Under the pieces are notes generated by a model. The model made no database searches and was not told where the DNA came from. It was given only the letters and a program-made list of their open reading frames with translations. From Turneriella sp. (GTDB taxonomy: Bacteria > Spirochaetota > Leptospiria > Turneriellales > Turneriellaceae): a DNA stretch of 64,000 nt. Each line of letters opens with the position of its first letter. Position 1 is the first letter of the stretch. A program made the position numbers and the translations under genes. Where the stretch lies: positions 1,920,001 to 1,984,000 of the forward strand of contig CBDIID010000003.1 in assembly GCA_965279515.1 (NCBI GenBank), in the 5' to 3' direction. Below, piece by piece: positions 1 to 10,474 of this stretch.

Positions 1-524
1 CGATCTTTGTTTCTTATTTTCTCCAGACCAGCGTGGATTTTTTTGCGCTCGGATCCATTAAACCGGATTTCCTGTTAATCCTGACAGTGTACTTCGCCCT
101 CTACCGCGGTGCCTTTGCGGCCCTGTGGATCGGTTTTTTCGGCGGCCTGCTGCAGGACATCAACCTCGGCGGTTATACCAATCTCATCAAACAGGACATG
201 CAGTATTATATCGGCACCTCGGCGCTGGCAAAAACCGTGATCGGTTTTATGGCTGGCAAAGTGGCGCGCGATATCAATAAAGAAGCAACGTCGCTGATCG
301 TCATCGTTGTGTTCGTCGCGTGTTTTTTAAAGGGCGTCATCATGTTCTTTACCGTCGCCCTCTTCCACTCCAGCGCACATGCCTCATCGCTGATTACCAT
401 TGTGATTCCGGAGGCGCTTTTCACGGCGGTACTCTCGATCGTTTGGTTCCGCCTGTTGCGCTGGGCTTTCCCAACAGTCGAAAAAGCGGAAGGCCAACGG
501 ATTATCCGCCGCATGGGTCAATAG
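1..524 (+). CDS. mreD: Rod shape-determining protein MreD (5' end outside window)
   Basis: Hydrophobic protein with PDFLLIL...GLLQD motif directly upstream of PBP2 and RodA. The frame is open back to the window edge, so the GTG at 33 is probably not the true start. Confidence 0.88.
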   Translation, partial: IFVSYFLQTSVDFFALGSIKPDFLLILTVYFALYRGAFAALWIGFFGGLLQDINLGGYTNLIKQDMQYYIGTSALAKTVIGFMAGKVARDINKEATSLIVIVVFVACFLKGVIMFFTVALFHSSAHASSLITIVIPEALFTAVLSIVWFRLLRWAFPTVEKAEGQRIIRRMGQ

Positions 525-527
525 ATT

Positions 528-2384
528 ATGGCCCAGACGATACAGCAGTTCCAGCTCCGCCAGCGTCTGGATCGCCGTGTGACCGGTCTCACGATCTTTA
601 CGCTGGCCATGCTGGGCCTCTTAATTTTACGTATCGGCGACCTGCAGATTCTGCGCGGCGACGAATTCTTTGATAAATCACAACGCGTGATTCGCCGCGT
701 CGTGGCACTCACCGCGCCGCGCGGCGAAATGTTTGCACGTAACTACACCAGCCGCGACAAGGCCACGTACATTGTCTCAAATTCGTCGGCCGTGTCTTTG
801 AGCGTGATTCCATCCCACTTTCCGAAAAAGAAAGAACTGAAAGAGCTCGTCGCCAAACTCGAACGCCTGCTACGTTACCCCGAAGGATCGCTCACGGTAA
901 AAGTCGCAGACAATAAGTACAAGGCGCACGAAGAAATCGTGCTGATTGAGAACCTGAAATCGGAACAGACGACTGTGATTGCTGACTATTATATTACCTT
1001 TTCAAAGTTTATCATCCGCCCGACGTCGCGTCGGTTCTATAATCTCGGCGCCTCGGCAGCTCACCTGACGGGTTACATCGGCCTGCCAAACCAGCGCGAG
1101 GTGGCCGCAGGTGTGCGCAGCTACCAGTATACGGGTAAGAACGGACTCGAGTCGCAATACGATACGATTTTGCGCGGTGACGACGGCGAGATTGTGCAGA
1201 TCAAATCAGCGACCGGCGACATTGAAGAGCAAAAAGTGTTTCGTAATTTTGCGCCGGGCAATAACCTGATTCTGACCATTGACGCCGATCTGCAGATCGC
1301 CGCCTCGAAGGCGATGGGCGATAAGACCGGTGGCCTGATCGCGATGCGCCCGCATACGGGGGAGATCCTCGCTATCGTTTCAAAACCCGATTTTGACCCG
1401 AATATCCTGATCGCACTCGACAACCCCGACCGCCCCGACCATATCAGGCAGATCCAGGAGCAGAGAGCGGAGCTCAATCGCACGATTTCAACCAAATACC
1501 CGCCGGCTTCAACCTTCAAACCGCTCGTGGCTCTTGCCGGTCTCGAAGAAAAACGCCTGGCGAAAACCGATCATTATTACTGCAATAAAACCTTCACGCT
1601 GAAAAGCAGCTACAAAGGTTCGGCCGACACAACATGGGGCGACTGGGGCCGGCATGGCGATAATGACCTGACCGGGGCTCTCGCGCAAAGCTGTTCGGTT
1701 TATTTTTACGAAGCGGGATACCGCATGGGAGCCGAACCCATGATCAAATACTCGCGCTATTTCCATCTCGGCGAAAAATCGCAGATCGATCTGCCCAGCG
1801 AGATTGCGGGCTTTGTGCCCGACAATGCCTGGAAAGAAAAAACGTTTAATACGCGCTGGTTTGACGGCGATACGGTAAACCTCTCAATCGGCCAGGGTTT
1901 CATCGAAACGACGCTCATCGGCATGGTGGGCTTCTATGCAGGCGTCGCAACCGGTGGCACCATCTATAAGCCGCACCTGATACGCCAGATCCGCTTCGCC
2001 GAAAACGACCAGGTAAAACTTGATGTCAAACCCCAGGTACAGGACCAGATACCGCTCTCAAAATCTGCGGTGCAGGCAGTGCGAGAGGGATTGCGTGCCG
2101 TGACGACGCGGGGTACTGCCGGCGGAGTATTCCGCGTGCCCGGTATTATTCCTGTCGCCGGGAAAACCGGTACCGTGCAGACGCGATCGGGCGCGCCCGG
2201 CGACAAGGCATCGCAGCACGCCTGGTTCGTCGGTTATGGCCCTTTTGAAGGCGAGCCGAAAGACATGCTCGTCATCGGCGTTATCATCGAACGCGGCGTC
2301 GGTGGTTCGGTCGGCGCGGCGCCGATTGCGCGCGACGTGTTTGTGAAATACTCACAAAAACTCAAAGCGGGGACAGCCAACTGA
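528..2384 (+). CDS. mrdA: Penicillin-binding protein 2 (class B transpeptidase)
   Basis: N-terminal TM, dimerisation motifs (APRG, GKNGLE), SxxK (STFK), SCS and KTG; lies between mreD and rodA. Confidence 0.95.
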   Translation: MAQTIQQFQLRQRLDRRVTGLTIFTLAMLGLLILRIGDLQILRGDEFFDKSQRVIRRVVALTAPRGEMFARNYTSRDKATYIVSNSSAVSLSVIPSHFPKKKELKELVAKLERLLRYPEGSLTVKVADNKYKAHEEIVLIENLKSEQTTVIADYYITFSKFIIRPTSRRFYNLGASAAHLTGYIGLPNQREVAAGVRSYQYTGKNGLESQYDTILRGDDGEIVQIKSATGDIEEQKVFRNFAPGNNLILTIDADLQIAASKAMGDKTGGLIAMRPHTGEILAIVSKPDFDPNILIALDNPDRPDHIRQIQEQRAELNRTISTKYPPASTFKPLVALAGLEEKRLAKTDHYYCNKTFTLKSSYKGSADTTWGDWGRHGDNDLTGALAQSCSVYFYEAGYRMGAEPMIKYSRYFHLGEKSQIDLPSEIAGFVPDNAWKEKTFNTRWFDGDTVNLSIGQGFIETTLIGMVGFYAGVATGGTIYKPHLIRQIRFAENDQVKLDVKPQVQDQIPLSKSAVQAVREGLRAVTTRGTAGGVFRVPGIIPVAGKTGTVQTRSGAPGDKASQHAWFVGYGPFEGEPKDMLVIGVIIERGVGGSVGAAPIARDVFVKYSQKLKAGTAN

Positions 2385-3907
2385 TGGAACGTTTTAGCCG
2401 TCTCGACTGGGTTTCGATTTTCCTCTCGGTCTCCGCGACGCTGATCGGTGTGGCCGTGCTTTATGGCGGGGGTATCACGGGCGAGGAGCTCGCGCAACGC
2501 AAACTCATCTGGCTTATACTCTGTGTGATAGCGATGCTGGTTTTCGCCAACATCAACTACCAGCTCTTAGGTTCCTTTGCGCCGATCATCTATGCCATCG
2601 GCGTTTTCGTCCTGATTCTGGTACTGGTACCCTTCATTGGTAAAGAAGTTAAGGGTGCCCGTTCATGGCTGCGCATCGGCTCGCTGGGTTTTCAGCCGGC
2701 GGAGTTCATGAAGCTGGTGGTTGTCATTACCCTCAGCAAGTACCTCGTGTTGCGTGAATCGGAAATCGGCAAACTCAAAGAGCTCATTATACCGGCCGTA
2801 CTCGTTACGATACCCGCGCTGCTCATCGGTGTACAGCCCGACCTTGGTGGCGCAGTGATGTTCATGGCAATCCTCTTCGGTATGTTGTTCATCGGCGGCG
2901 CGAACACGGCTGTGCTCTTCGGTTTTGCCATCATCGGTTTTTTCGCCGTCTTCACACCGATGTTTCTCGAATATGAACGTTACATCATCGTCGACGACGT
3001 CTATAACGCGCTGCGCGAAGAGCATTTTCGCCTCGCCGATGCGGTGCGCATTCTCAACTTCGAAGTCTGGGAGGTGGCCGAAAATCTTAACTATAACACC
3101 CGGCTGATCCAGGACAAAACTCTTGTGACCTGGGCCAAAGAGACCTTGTCGCAGGGTGAGAACCTCAAGATTTTCTGGCAAACCGCTGCGGCCGTCGAAC
3201 AAAAAAGCCCGAGCTTTTTGCGCGACATGCTGCGCAATACCACAGTCATGATTGCCATCGGCGGTACCGGTATTTTCTTTTACGGTCTCGGCGTACTCGG
3301 CAACTTTATGACGGGCGCCCCCTGGATGCGCCGCATCGGCAACATTGCACTGATCGTGGGGCTATCGTTCAGCTCGGGTTACATGTTTAACAAGTTCATC
3401 AACTTCAAACCCCACCAGGTGATTCGCATCGTGTCGTTTGTGAATCCCGACAAGTTCCAGAAGGGCGCGGGCTACCAGCTGCGGCACTCTCTGATCACCG
3501 TAGGCTCGGGCAAGTTTGCCGGCAAGGGCCTGTTCAAGGGTGACATGACCAAGGGAGACACGCCGTTTCTACCCGAGTGGTATAACGACTTTATCTTTTC
3601 CGTTGTCGGCGAACAGCTGGGCTTCTGGGGCGCGGGCACGTTACTGCTGCTATTATTCGGGCTGATCTTAAGGGCGATCAATATCGCGGTAACATCGAAG
3701 GATGATTTTGGCGCCATGCTTGCCTCGGGCATCGCTTTGATTTTCTTTCTGCACGTCTTCATCAACATCGGCATATCGCTGGGTCTCATGCCGGTGACGG
3801 GTATACCTCTAAGCTTTGTCAGCTATGGCGGATCGCATATGCTCTTGTGTTTTGTCTGCGTGGGCATACTCATCAACATCTACCGCCGCCGCTTTATCAA
3901 CGCGTAA
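2384..3907 (+). CDS. rodA: Rod shape-determining protein RodA (SEDS family)
   Basis: GARSW, FQPAEFMK, QPDLG, DFIFSVVGE and PVTGIPLSFVSYGGS motifs; start overlaps mrdA stop (TGATG). Confidence 0.95.
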   Translation: MERFSRLDWVSIFLSVSATLIGVAVLYGGGITGEELAQRKLIWLILCVIAMLVFANINYQLLGSFAPIIYAIGVFVLILVLVPFIGKEVKGARSWLRIGSLGFQPAEFMKLVVVITLSKYLVLRESEIGKLKELIIPAVLVTIPALLIGVQPDLGGAVMFMAILFGMLFIGGANTAVLFGFAIIGFFAVFTPMFLEYERYIIVDDVYNALREEHFRLADAVRILNFEVWEVAENLNYNTRLIQDKTLVTWAKETLSQGENLKIFWQTAAAVEQKSPSFLRDMLRNTTVMIAIGGTGIFFYGLGVLGNFMTGAPWMRRIGNIALIVGLSFSSGYMFNKFINFKPHQVIRIVSFVNPDKFQKGAGYQLRHSLITVGSGKFAGKGLFKGDMTKGDTPFLPEWYNDFIFSVVGEQLGFWGAGTLLLLLFGLILRAINIAVTSKDDFGAMLASGIALIFFLHVFINIGISLGLMPVTGIPLSFVSYGGSHMLLCFVCVGILINIYRRRFINA

Positions 3908-3955
3908 TAACAAAAGAGATTGACCCGCTAGCGGACCGGCGTTCCGCAAGAATAG

Positions 3956-4510
3956 ATGTTGGCTTTAAGGATCACATTCTTTTTTTCCTTAGTGAGCCTA
4001 GGCATGGCTACGGACCAATCGTCTCGCCTGCAGAAGATTAATCGAATCTATACGAAAATTGCCGCCCTGGAAGATTCGCGAGATTTGCTGACTTCAGAAG
4101 AAGAAGGCATCTTAATACTCAGCAAATTTGTCTGTTTTGCCGATCTGCAATGTGAAAAATTCCCCGAAGAAATTATACATGTGCCGGAATCGAACAGCAC
4201 CTTCTACGTCGGGACACGAAACAGCGATGGTTGTTACGGAGCATGGAACATTCAGAACCGGCCTATCGGTCATCGCATAGCCCGCCCTCAAAATCATTTT
4301 TTCTCAGCCATGGGTGTAAAACCAAAAGATGTCATCGTCGCAATGGAAGGTCATTTGATTCTGGGAGAGAATCAAACGGCCTTGTGGCAGAACATTCGCG
4401 TTGCTGCAGAAAACCAAAAAAAATTGTCGATTGATCTATTCCGGGGTACCAGGCTGATTCGCCTGATAACCCCGATGCCCAAACTCAGATTGATTGCGCC
4501 AAGCACATAA
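3956..4510 (+). CDS. Hypothetical exported protein, possible degenerate C-terminal PDZ-like region
   Basis: 184-aa ORF with signal-like N-terminus; GVKPKDVIVAMEG resembles the PDZ 'GLxxGDxIxxVNG' segment. Confidence 0.5.
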   Translation: MLALRITFFFSLVSLGMATDQSSRLQKINRIYTKIAALEDSRDLLTSEEEGILILSKFVCFADLQCEKFPEEIIHVPESNSTFYVGTRNSDGCYGAWNIQNRPIGHRIARPQNHFFSAMGVKPKDVIVAMEGHLILGENQTALWQNIRVAAENQKKLSIDLFRGTRLIRLITPMPKLRLIAPST

Positions 4511-4523
4511 CAACGTAGCTGCC

Positions 4524-5513
4524 TTACGCAGCCCCGCCCGAAAATGTGCGGCGAATCGCCGGCAGCACGCGGACGACACCGCGATAAACGAGATAGCCGA
4601 TCAGCAGCAGTGGCACGATATAGATCAGCGCATAGACCAGTTGCAGCAGCACATTCAGCAATCCCACAAAGGCATTGCGAAACTCAGGTACCTCTACCGG
4701 CGCTGGTGCGGCGATGGCGGGCAGCGAAAGCGTGATCTGCAGCGTCGCCCAACCGGTGCGGTCAGCGATGCGCCACTCTTCCATGCGGGTCGCCAACTGC
4801 TTGTCTTCGCTCTGCGACAGTAGATTCTCGGTGGCTTCCCAGTTTTTAGAACCTGTGCCGGTATTCGCGTTGGCAGCAGTACGACGACGATTGCGGATAT
4901 CTTCGCGTGCCGCAAGCATCTGCTGATGGACCGCATTTTCCGTGTGATCCGTCACGGTAATATTTTCCGATGCCAGGGCGCCGATCGCATCGAGGTCATT
5001 TAAAGCTGCGTATAGATTGGAACTCCGCACGCGCACGCGCAGCGTCATGTAGCCGTTATGCTGGCCAGACGCGCTTTCGTTCAGCAGGAAACCGTATCGC
5101 GGAATCCACTGGTTAAAGAAGGCCCGCGCCGGTTTCAGCGCATCGATCTGGTAGTTGACCGCGATATTGTATTCGAGTTTGCGTTCGCCGTTAACAACAG
5201 GAGTGAAGACTTTACCGAGATGGACGTCCGCATCTTTAATTTTGTTATTCTCGCTGTAGAACCGGTCCTTATCCTGATTTTTTTGTTCGGACGCAGCCGC
5301 ACGGGTCTTGGCTGCGAATTCGCCGCCGATGGCATCGATTTCAGCTGCAGGCCGGTTTTCTTCCCGCTCATCGAGGGTGATATCCATGGGCTTCGCCGGG
5401 CTGCGTGCTTCGGTCTTCTTGAAGACCGAACGATTTTTGATAAAAAAAGCCGCGGTAATACCGAGGCCGACGAATGCCACCGAAGCGGCGGCGATGATAA
5501 TTTTCTTTTTCAT
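4524..5513 (-). CDS. DUF4349-like membrane-anchored protein
   Basis: N-terminal TM, 'MTLRVRV...SENITVTDHTE' pattern, coiled coil, 'WATLQITL' and C-terminal TM, as in DUF4349 proteins. Confidence 0.7.
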   Translation of the reverse strand: MKKKIIIAAASVAFVGLGITAAFFIKNRSVFKKTEARSPAKPMDITLDEREENRPAAEIDAIGGEFAAKTRAAASEQKNQDKDRFYSENNKIKDADVHLGKVFTPVVNGERKLEYNIAVNYQIDALKPARAFFNQWIPRYGFLLNESASGQHNGYMTLRVRVRSSNLYAALNDLDAIGALASENITVTDHTENAVHQQMLAAREDIRNRRRTAANANTGTGSKNWEATENLLSQSEDKQLATRMEEWRIADRTGWATLQITLSLPAIAAPAPVEVPEFRNAFVGLLNVLLQLVYALIYIVPLLLIGYLVYRGVVRVLPAIRRTFSGGAA

Positions 5514-5545
5514 GCGGATTCGACGCTCGGCGAAAAAAAGAGTTC

Positions 5546-5572
5546 AAAAAAAACGCCCCAGCGGGGCGTTTT
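5546..5572 (-). terminator. Rho-independent terminator after the Omp85-family gene
   Basis: AAAACGCCCC-AGC-GGGGCGTTTT inverted repeat with an A8 run that gives a U-tract on the minus strand, ~20 nt after the stop at 5594. Confidence 0.8.
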
Positions 5573-5593
5573 GTAAGCAGACCGTTGCGGTGC

Positions 5594-7081
5594 TTAGAAG
5601 ATATGGCTGAAGTTGATGAACATGTTTGAGTCTTCTTTACTCAATGCATAATCCACCATGATAATCGTCGCCTGATTCCAGGCCAGACGCAGACCCGCGC
5701 CATATGCGTATTTCCAGATGCTGACGCCGATATCTTTCGGCTGGTCGAATGCGCTACCGATATCAAAGAATGGTACCAAGATCGGCGCAAAATTCTGCCC
5801 AAAGACCGTGAATTCAAACATCGTCCAGCGGAGTTCGAGGTTGGCGAGAGCGATGTTGTTGGCGACAAAGCGGCTCGCCTTGTAACCGCGCAGCGAGCGC
5901 AAACCACCCAACGCCCCCTGGTAGACACGCTCGGTGCTCGAGAACTGGTCCTTCACGTAGAATGGCACATCACCCACGGATTGTGTATAAGCGACGCGAC
6001 CGGCAATAACGAGGTCGACCAGTTTTTCAAACGGGCTGAGGAAGAATTTTTCTGAAACGGTGTATCGTGCGAAGTTGAACTCCGAGCCAACTGCTTTGTT
6101 TGAAACCTCGGCGATCGCTTCGAACATTTGGCCTTTGTTCGGGTCTGGTTCGTAGTCGCGTGTATCGATCGCAATGCCGAAACGCACAGTATTATTCCAA
6201 CCCCCGCCGTAACCGGTAAGAAGCCCCGCATTCTGGTATTGTGTCAACAGCGTGCTGGGACTGTTTGTCGCATCACCGTCGGCGGCTTTGACCGTAGTAC
6301 CGGCCAGATCGCGGATTGTGTATTTGCTCACCTGAATGCCTAATTGCGGGCGGATAATGCCGCCAAACACATCGCGTTCAAGCATCGCGGTAAAAGCAGG
6401 CCTTTCATAGGAGTAATGGTTGAATGCCGCATTCGTAGTACCGGCAGTCGTTTTCCGCAGTTCATCGTTAAAATCCGAATACTTTTCGAAATCGCGACCA
6501 CTGAACGCCAGGCCGTTCATACTACTGGCATTGCTGCCGAAAAAATTCGCCCAAGTATTCTTTTCAAAGACTACTGCGGAGCGAATGCGGAAGAGCGAGT
6601 TACCGATGTAAGGAGCATCCCAGTTGAGCTCATGGTATTGGTAACCCAAAGTCGTCTGAAAGAACTGTGCATAGAGCTGCGAACGGTAAGGCGTACGGCG
6701 GAAAAGCGGGTTATCCTTCTCACCATTATAAAAATAGAAAACGCGGGCGCCATAGCCGATACCCGTATTGGGGTCTGAGTTGATCAGCGGAAGGCCCGTA
6801 ATGAAGCCGCCCTCTTTCTTTTTACCGAAGTCGTGGTCGCTCAGCTTGCGCTTGCGGCGGATCGCCTCAAGCAATTCTTCGGAAACGCCGTATTTCTTAG
6901 CGGCTTCCATCTCTTGCGCGTGTTCTGCATCGGCAGGTGTTGCGGCTGCAGCAGCCACCGGGGCTGTGGGTGCCGCGGCGGCGGCAGGTTTCTTAGGTGG
7001 TGCCTTGCGCGGCGCAGACCAGACCGCAGCCACGCTGAATAAAAGCATGGACGTTAATGGGATAAAAATTCGTTTTAGCAT
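5594..7081 (-). CDS. Omp85/BamA-TamA family outer-membrane beta-barrel protein (no obvious POTRA array)
   Basis: Signal peptide, LGGLRSLRGY lid motif, NLELRW, amphipathic beta-strands, C-terminal Phe (FSHIF). Confidence 0.85.
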   Translation of the reverse strand: MLKRIFIPLTSMLLFSVAAVWSAPRKAPPKKPAAAAAPTAPVAAAAATPADAEHAQEMEAAKKYGVSEELLEAIRRKRKLSDHDFGKKKEGGFITGLPLINSDPNTGIGYGARVFYFYNGEKDNPLFRRTPYRSQLYAQFFQTTLGYQYHELNWDAPYIGNSLFRIRSAVVFEKNTWANFFGSNASSMNGLAFSGRDFEKYSDFNDELRKTTAGTTNAAFNHYSYERPAFTAMLERDVFGGIIRPQLGIQVSKYTIRDLAGTTVKAADGDATNSPSTLLTQYQNAGLLTGYGGGWNNTVRFGIAIDTRDYEPDPNKGQMFEAIAEVSNKAVGSEFNFARYTVSEKFFLSPFEKLVDLVIAGRVAYTQSVGDVPFYVKDQFSSTERVYQGALGGLRSLRGYKASRFVANNIALANLELRWTMFEFTVFGQNFAPILVPFFDIGSAFDQPKDIGVSIWKYAYGAGLRLAWNQATIIMVDYALSKEDSNMFINFSHIF

Positions 7082-7448
7082 GTTGTCTCCTCAGGTTGTT
7101 CGCCCGGTATGTATTTGTTCCGGGTCGTCCACGGGAGAGTGCGCAACGCAATCGTCAAGTACGAAAAAACAACCGAAAATCCTAGGCAGAAACGAGTAGA
7201 AAGTCAATAGCATAATAAGGTACACACGTTCCCCCAGTAAACCGGGATGCATGAGTCGAAACCCGGAGAACATAGGGAGGCTATCGAGAGGCCTGACAGC
7301 CGGCAGCGTGTGTCATTTTTTGACACAGCTACACGTGGCCGGACACATCTGGCACACCTTGTTTTTTTTAATGATTGACGCGCCTTGAGGGAAACTCTCA
7401 TGCAGAACGGTCCGGGAGAATCTAACGATTCACCGATTCAGGGGGTTT

Positions 7449-8060
7449 ATGGTCGCTGCTCCATTCCGCAATATTGAAGTGCTCGTCGCCGATGATGAGG
7501 CCCAGTTACTTGAAATACTTAGAAGTACGCTGATTACGGCAGGGTACGGCTGCACGGCGGTCGATAGCGGCGAAAAAGCGCTCAGTGTGCTTAATTCGCG
7601 GCAGATTAACATCCTTGTCTGTGATGTCTATCTGGGAAAAACCGACGGCCTGGAGCTAGGTCAGAAGATCCGGCAAACGAATGCGAATTTGGCCTTCGTT
7701 TTTATCAGCGGTAAACCTTCAGTGAAAGCCGGCACACGCGCGCAGCAATTGTCGGCCATACAATACGTAGCAAAACCTTTTGACCCAAAGGAATTCACCG
7801 AGACGGTTTCCCTCGCAGCCCGGTGGAATGTAGCGCAATTGATCGTAGCCGCTGCGGAAAAATATTTTGCGATACGCAGGGAACACCTGCAGAAATTGCA
7901 TCACAATATTCAAAGAGTCAAGTCAGAACTCAAGAATCTGATGATCTCGAAACAAGATGTCCGTCCCCTGCGCGATTTCGTTTTAACAAAGAATAGCCAG
8001 GCACATGAGTTGTTTCTGCTGTTGGATGCGAAGCTTATCCCCTTCTCACAGGTAAAATAA
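7449..8060 (+). CDS. Response regulator (receiver domain plus small C-terminal helical region)
   Basis: LVADDE, ILVCD (phospho-Asp), FISG and AKPF receiver motifs; upstream of a kinase gene. Confidence 0.9.
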   Translation: MVAAPFRNIEVLVADDEAQLLEILRSTLITAGYGCTAVDSGEKALSVLNSRQINILVCDVYLGKTDGLELGQKIRQTNANLAFVFISGKPSVKAGTRAQQLSAIQYVAKPFDPKEFTETVSLAARWNVAQLIVAAAEKYFAIRREHLQKLHHNIQRVKSELKNLMISKQDVRPLRDFVLTKNSQAHELFLLLDAKLIPFSQVK

Positions 8061-8088
8061 TCGACACACGGCAAAATGCTGAACGGTT

Positions 8089-10431
8089 ATGGAATCCGAA
8101 CTGAAACTGGCGGCCGCATTTATCACAGCCCTGACAGAACCTAGCTGCGGCGTCGGCCCAGAAGGGCAAATTCTGGTCAGCAACCCCGCATGGCAAACGC
8201 GTTTCAACGGTGGCCAAATACAAGACAATCTGCTGCAATTATTAGAAAAACATATTTCCGGGAATAATACCGCGGTATCTGACGGGATTTCCCAGTGTTA
8301 TCTCCGCGTAAATTCCGGACTCGAAGCCTCGGCACAAATAGCTGTCAAAGACCAATACGACGAGCTGGGAAAACAACATGTCGTCAGATTCAGTCGACTG
8401 GCCTTAACCAAACAAAGCATGACCTTGGTACGGCTCGAAGAAAAGGAAAATCCGGCGTTAGAACCCGGAAACATACCCGATGCGGTTTTTCGGACCTTGT
8501 CGAATAACTTGCCGATGCTTCTCAGCATCTGCAACAGAAACAACGAATACATTTGGGTCAATGAGGCATATTCCCGGCATTTTGAGTTAGTTAAAAAGGC
8601 AACAAACGATAAACATGTGGCAAAATCCCGGGAATCGGATGAAGCCAAGGCCATCGATAAACTGCGGCAAAAATGTTTCGAGACGGGTCAGGCGCAGGTA
8701 GAACATATTACCCTTGAGAACCTGGGTAAACCCATAGTCCTCGAAGTGACATGCCTGCCGGTGCAGGTTGATGGGCTTGTACAATATGTCGTCAGCGCCA
8801 AACGCGATATAACCAAACAATTCCAGTCGCAGAAATCCCGCGCGGCGGCGTATGACCTGCTGAACGACGTCCTTGAAAGAATGCCGGTAGGTTTCGTAGC
8901 CACAGATGACCATTACAACATTTTGCGGACGAATGACACAGCCTGCCGTCTTTTCGAATATACCAAAGACGACCTGGTCGGTCAGAATATTGACCTTCTG
9001 ATTCCACTGGAAGCCCGGCTCATCAATTCGACCTTTGTCGAGAATTTTCTGAATACCCCGCGCCCTTCCGGTGAAACCAACCCAAGTATCGAAATCTCGG
9101 GGCTCAAACGTAACGGCTCCGTGTTTCCGATGCTGATTTCCGTATTGCCCATGGCGCTGGGGGAGTTTCCCCTGTTCTGTGTAATGATCATCGACCTGAC
9201 AGAAATGCGCGGCGCGGAACAACGCCTCGTCGAAACGCAACTACGCGTGCAGCGCATGCAAAAACAAGAAGCGTTAGGACAGCTGGCAGGTAACATCGCG
9301 CATGACTTTAATAACCTTTTGACGATCATTTACGGTTACGCCGAAATCGTTCATGCTGATCCGAACTGTTTAGCGCCGCTGAAAAAAATCATGACTGAAA
9401 TCAAAAGCGCAGTAAACCGCGGGGCAGCGTTAACAGGCCAGATTCTCGCATACGCAAAGCACCAGGCGCTCGAAGTTAAGCCCCGGGATATGCATCTGAT
9501 TCTCCGGGAAAACCAGTCCATGATCGAAGCTGCATTGACATCAAAGATCAAGTATCAAGTGGATCTCAGCGCGGAATCTCACATCGTTGAAATTGATGAA
9601 AATCAGCTGATGCAGGTACTGTTAAACCTGGCGGTAAATGCCCGTGATGCCATGGCATCCGGCGGGGAATTCTCCGTTAAAACAGCCTCGATATCCCGTG
9701 ATTCGGATTTCTTTTTGTTCCGTTCGATTGAGCCGAAGGTCGATAAGTATCTCTGCATCACTGTCTCGGATACCGGCCCTGGAATTCCGGAGCAAATTTT
9801 GCCACGTATCTTCGATCCGTATTTTTCCACCAAACCCAGAAATAAAGGCACCGGCTTAGGTTTAGCAGTAGCCTACGGAATCATTAAACAGCACCAAGGA
9901 TTTATATTCTGTTTCTCTAAACCCGGCCATGGCGCCACGTTCGAAATTATTTTGCCCGCATGCGCCCCGAATACAACAGCTGCTAATCCCGACGCCCATG
10001 AAAACAGCATGGCGATGAACCCCGAAGATATCCGGCGAACTATAATTCTTGTCGTTGACGATGAAGCGCCGATTCGAAACTTCTTAACCGCCAGATTAGA
10101 GAGCGCCGGCTTCCAGGTGCATTCGGCCTCGAACGGCGAAGAGGCCCTGGATTTTATCGACGCTTTTGAGGGCAAAATCGATATTATCCTCAGCGACATC
10201 ATGATGCCCAGAATGACAGGGCTGGAGATGGCCGAAATTGCACAACTGCTGCAGCCTGAAACGATGTTTATTTTTATGAGCGGCTATTCAAAAGAATTGC
10301 TGGATAATGACAGACCCAGGGGAAACTTTAACCTGCTGGTAAAACCCTTCAGGACAGAAGCATTATTCGCTGAAATTAACCGCTTAATCACAATAAAACG
10401 CGATCTGTTTCTCAGTCAGAACAATACCTGA
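8089..10431 (+). CDS. PAS-domain hybrid sensor histidine kinase/response regulator
   Basis: PAS/PAC repeats, H-box AHDFNNLL, N-box [27 protein letters not shown]-terminal receiver (VVDDE, SDIMMP, KPF). Confidence 0.95.
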   Translation: MESELKLAAAFITALTEPSCGVGPEGQILVSNPAWQTRFNGGQIQDNLLQLLEKHISGNNTAVSDGISQCYLRVNSGLEASAQIAVKDQYDELGKQHVVRFSRLALTKQSMTLVRLEEKENPALEPGNIPDAVFRTLSNNLPMLLSICNRNNEYIWVNEAYSRHFELVKKATNDKHVAKSRESDEAKAIDKLRQKCFETGQAQVEHITLENLGKPIVLEVTCLPVQVDGLVQYVVSAKRDITKQFQSQKSRAAAYDLLNDVLERMPVGFVATDDHYNILRTNDTACRLFEYTKDDLVGQNIDLLIPLEARLINSTFVENFLNTPRPSGETNPSIEISGLKRNGSVFPMLISVLPMALGEFPLFCVMIIDLTEMRGAEQRLVETQLRVQRMQKQEALGQLAGNIAHDFNNLLTIIYGYAEIVHADPNCLAPLKKIMTEIKSAVNRGAALTGQILAYAKHQALEVKPRDMHLILRENQSMIEAALTSKIKYQVDLSAESHIVEIDENQLMQVLLNLAVNARDAMASGGEFSVKTASISRDSDFFLFRSIEPKVDKYLCITVSDTGPGIPEQILPRIFDPYFSTKPRNKGTGLGLAVAYGIIKQHQGFIFCFSKPGHGATFEIILPACAPNTTAANPDAHENSMAMNPEDIRRTIILVVDDEAPIRNFLTARLESAGFQVHSASNGEEALDFIDAFEGKIDIILSDIMMPRMTGLEMAEIAQLLQPETMFIFMSGYSKELLDNDRPRGNFNLLVKPFRTEALFAEINRLITIKRDLFLSQNNT

Positions 10432-10474
10432 AGGCGCGCATACGGATCTGAATTTCCGTTAGCCGAATTACCGG

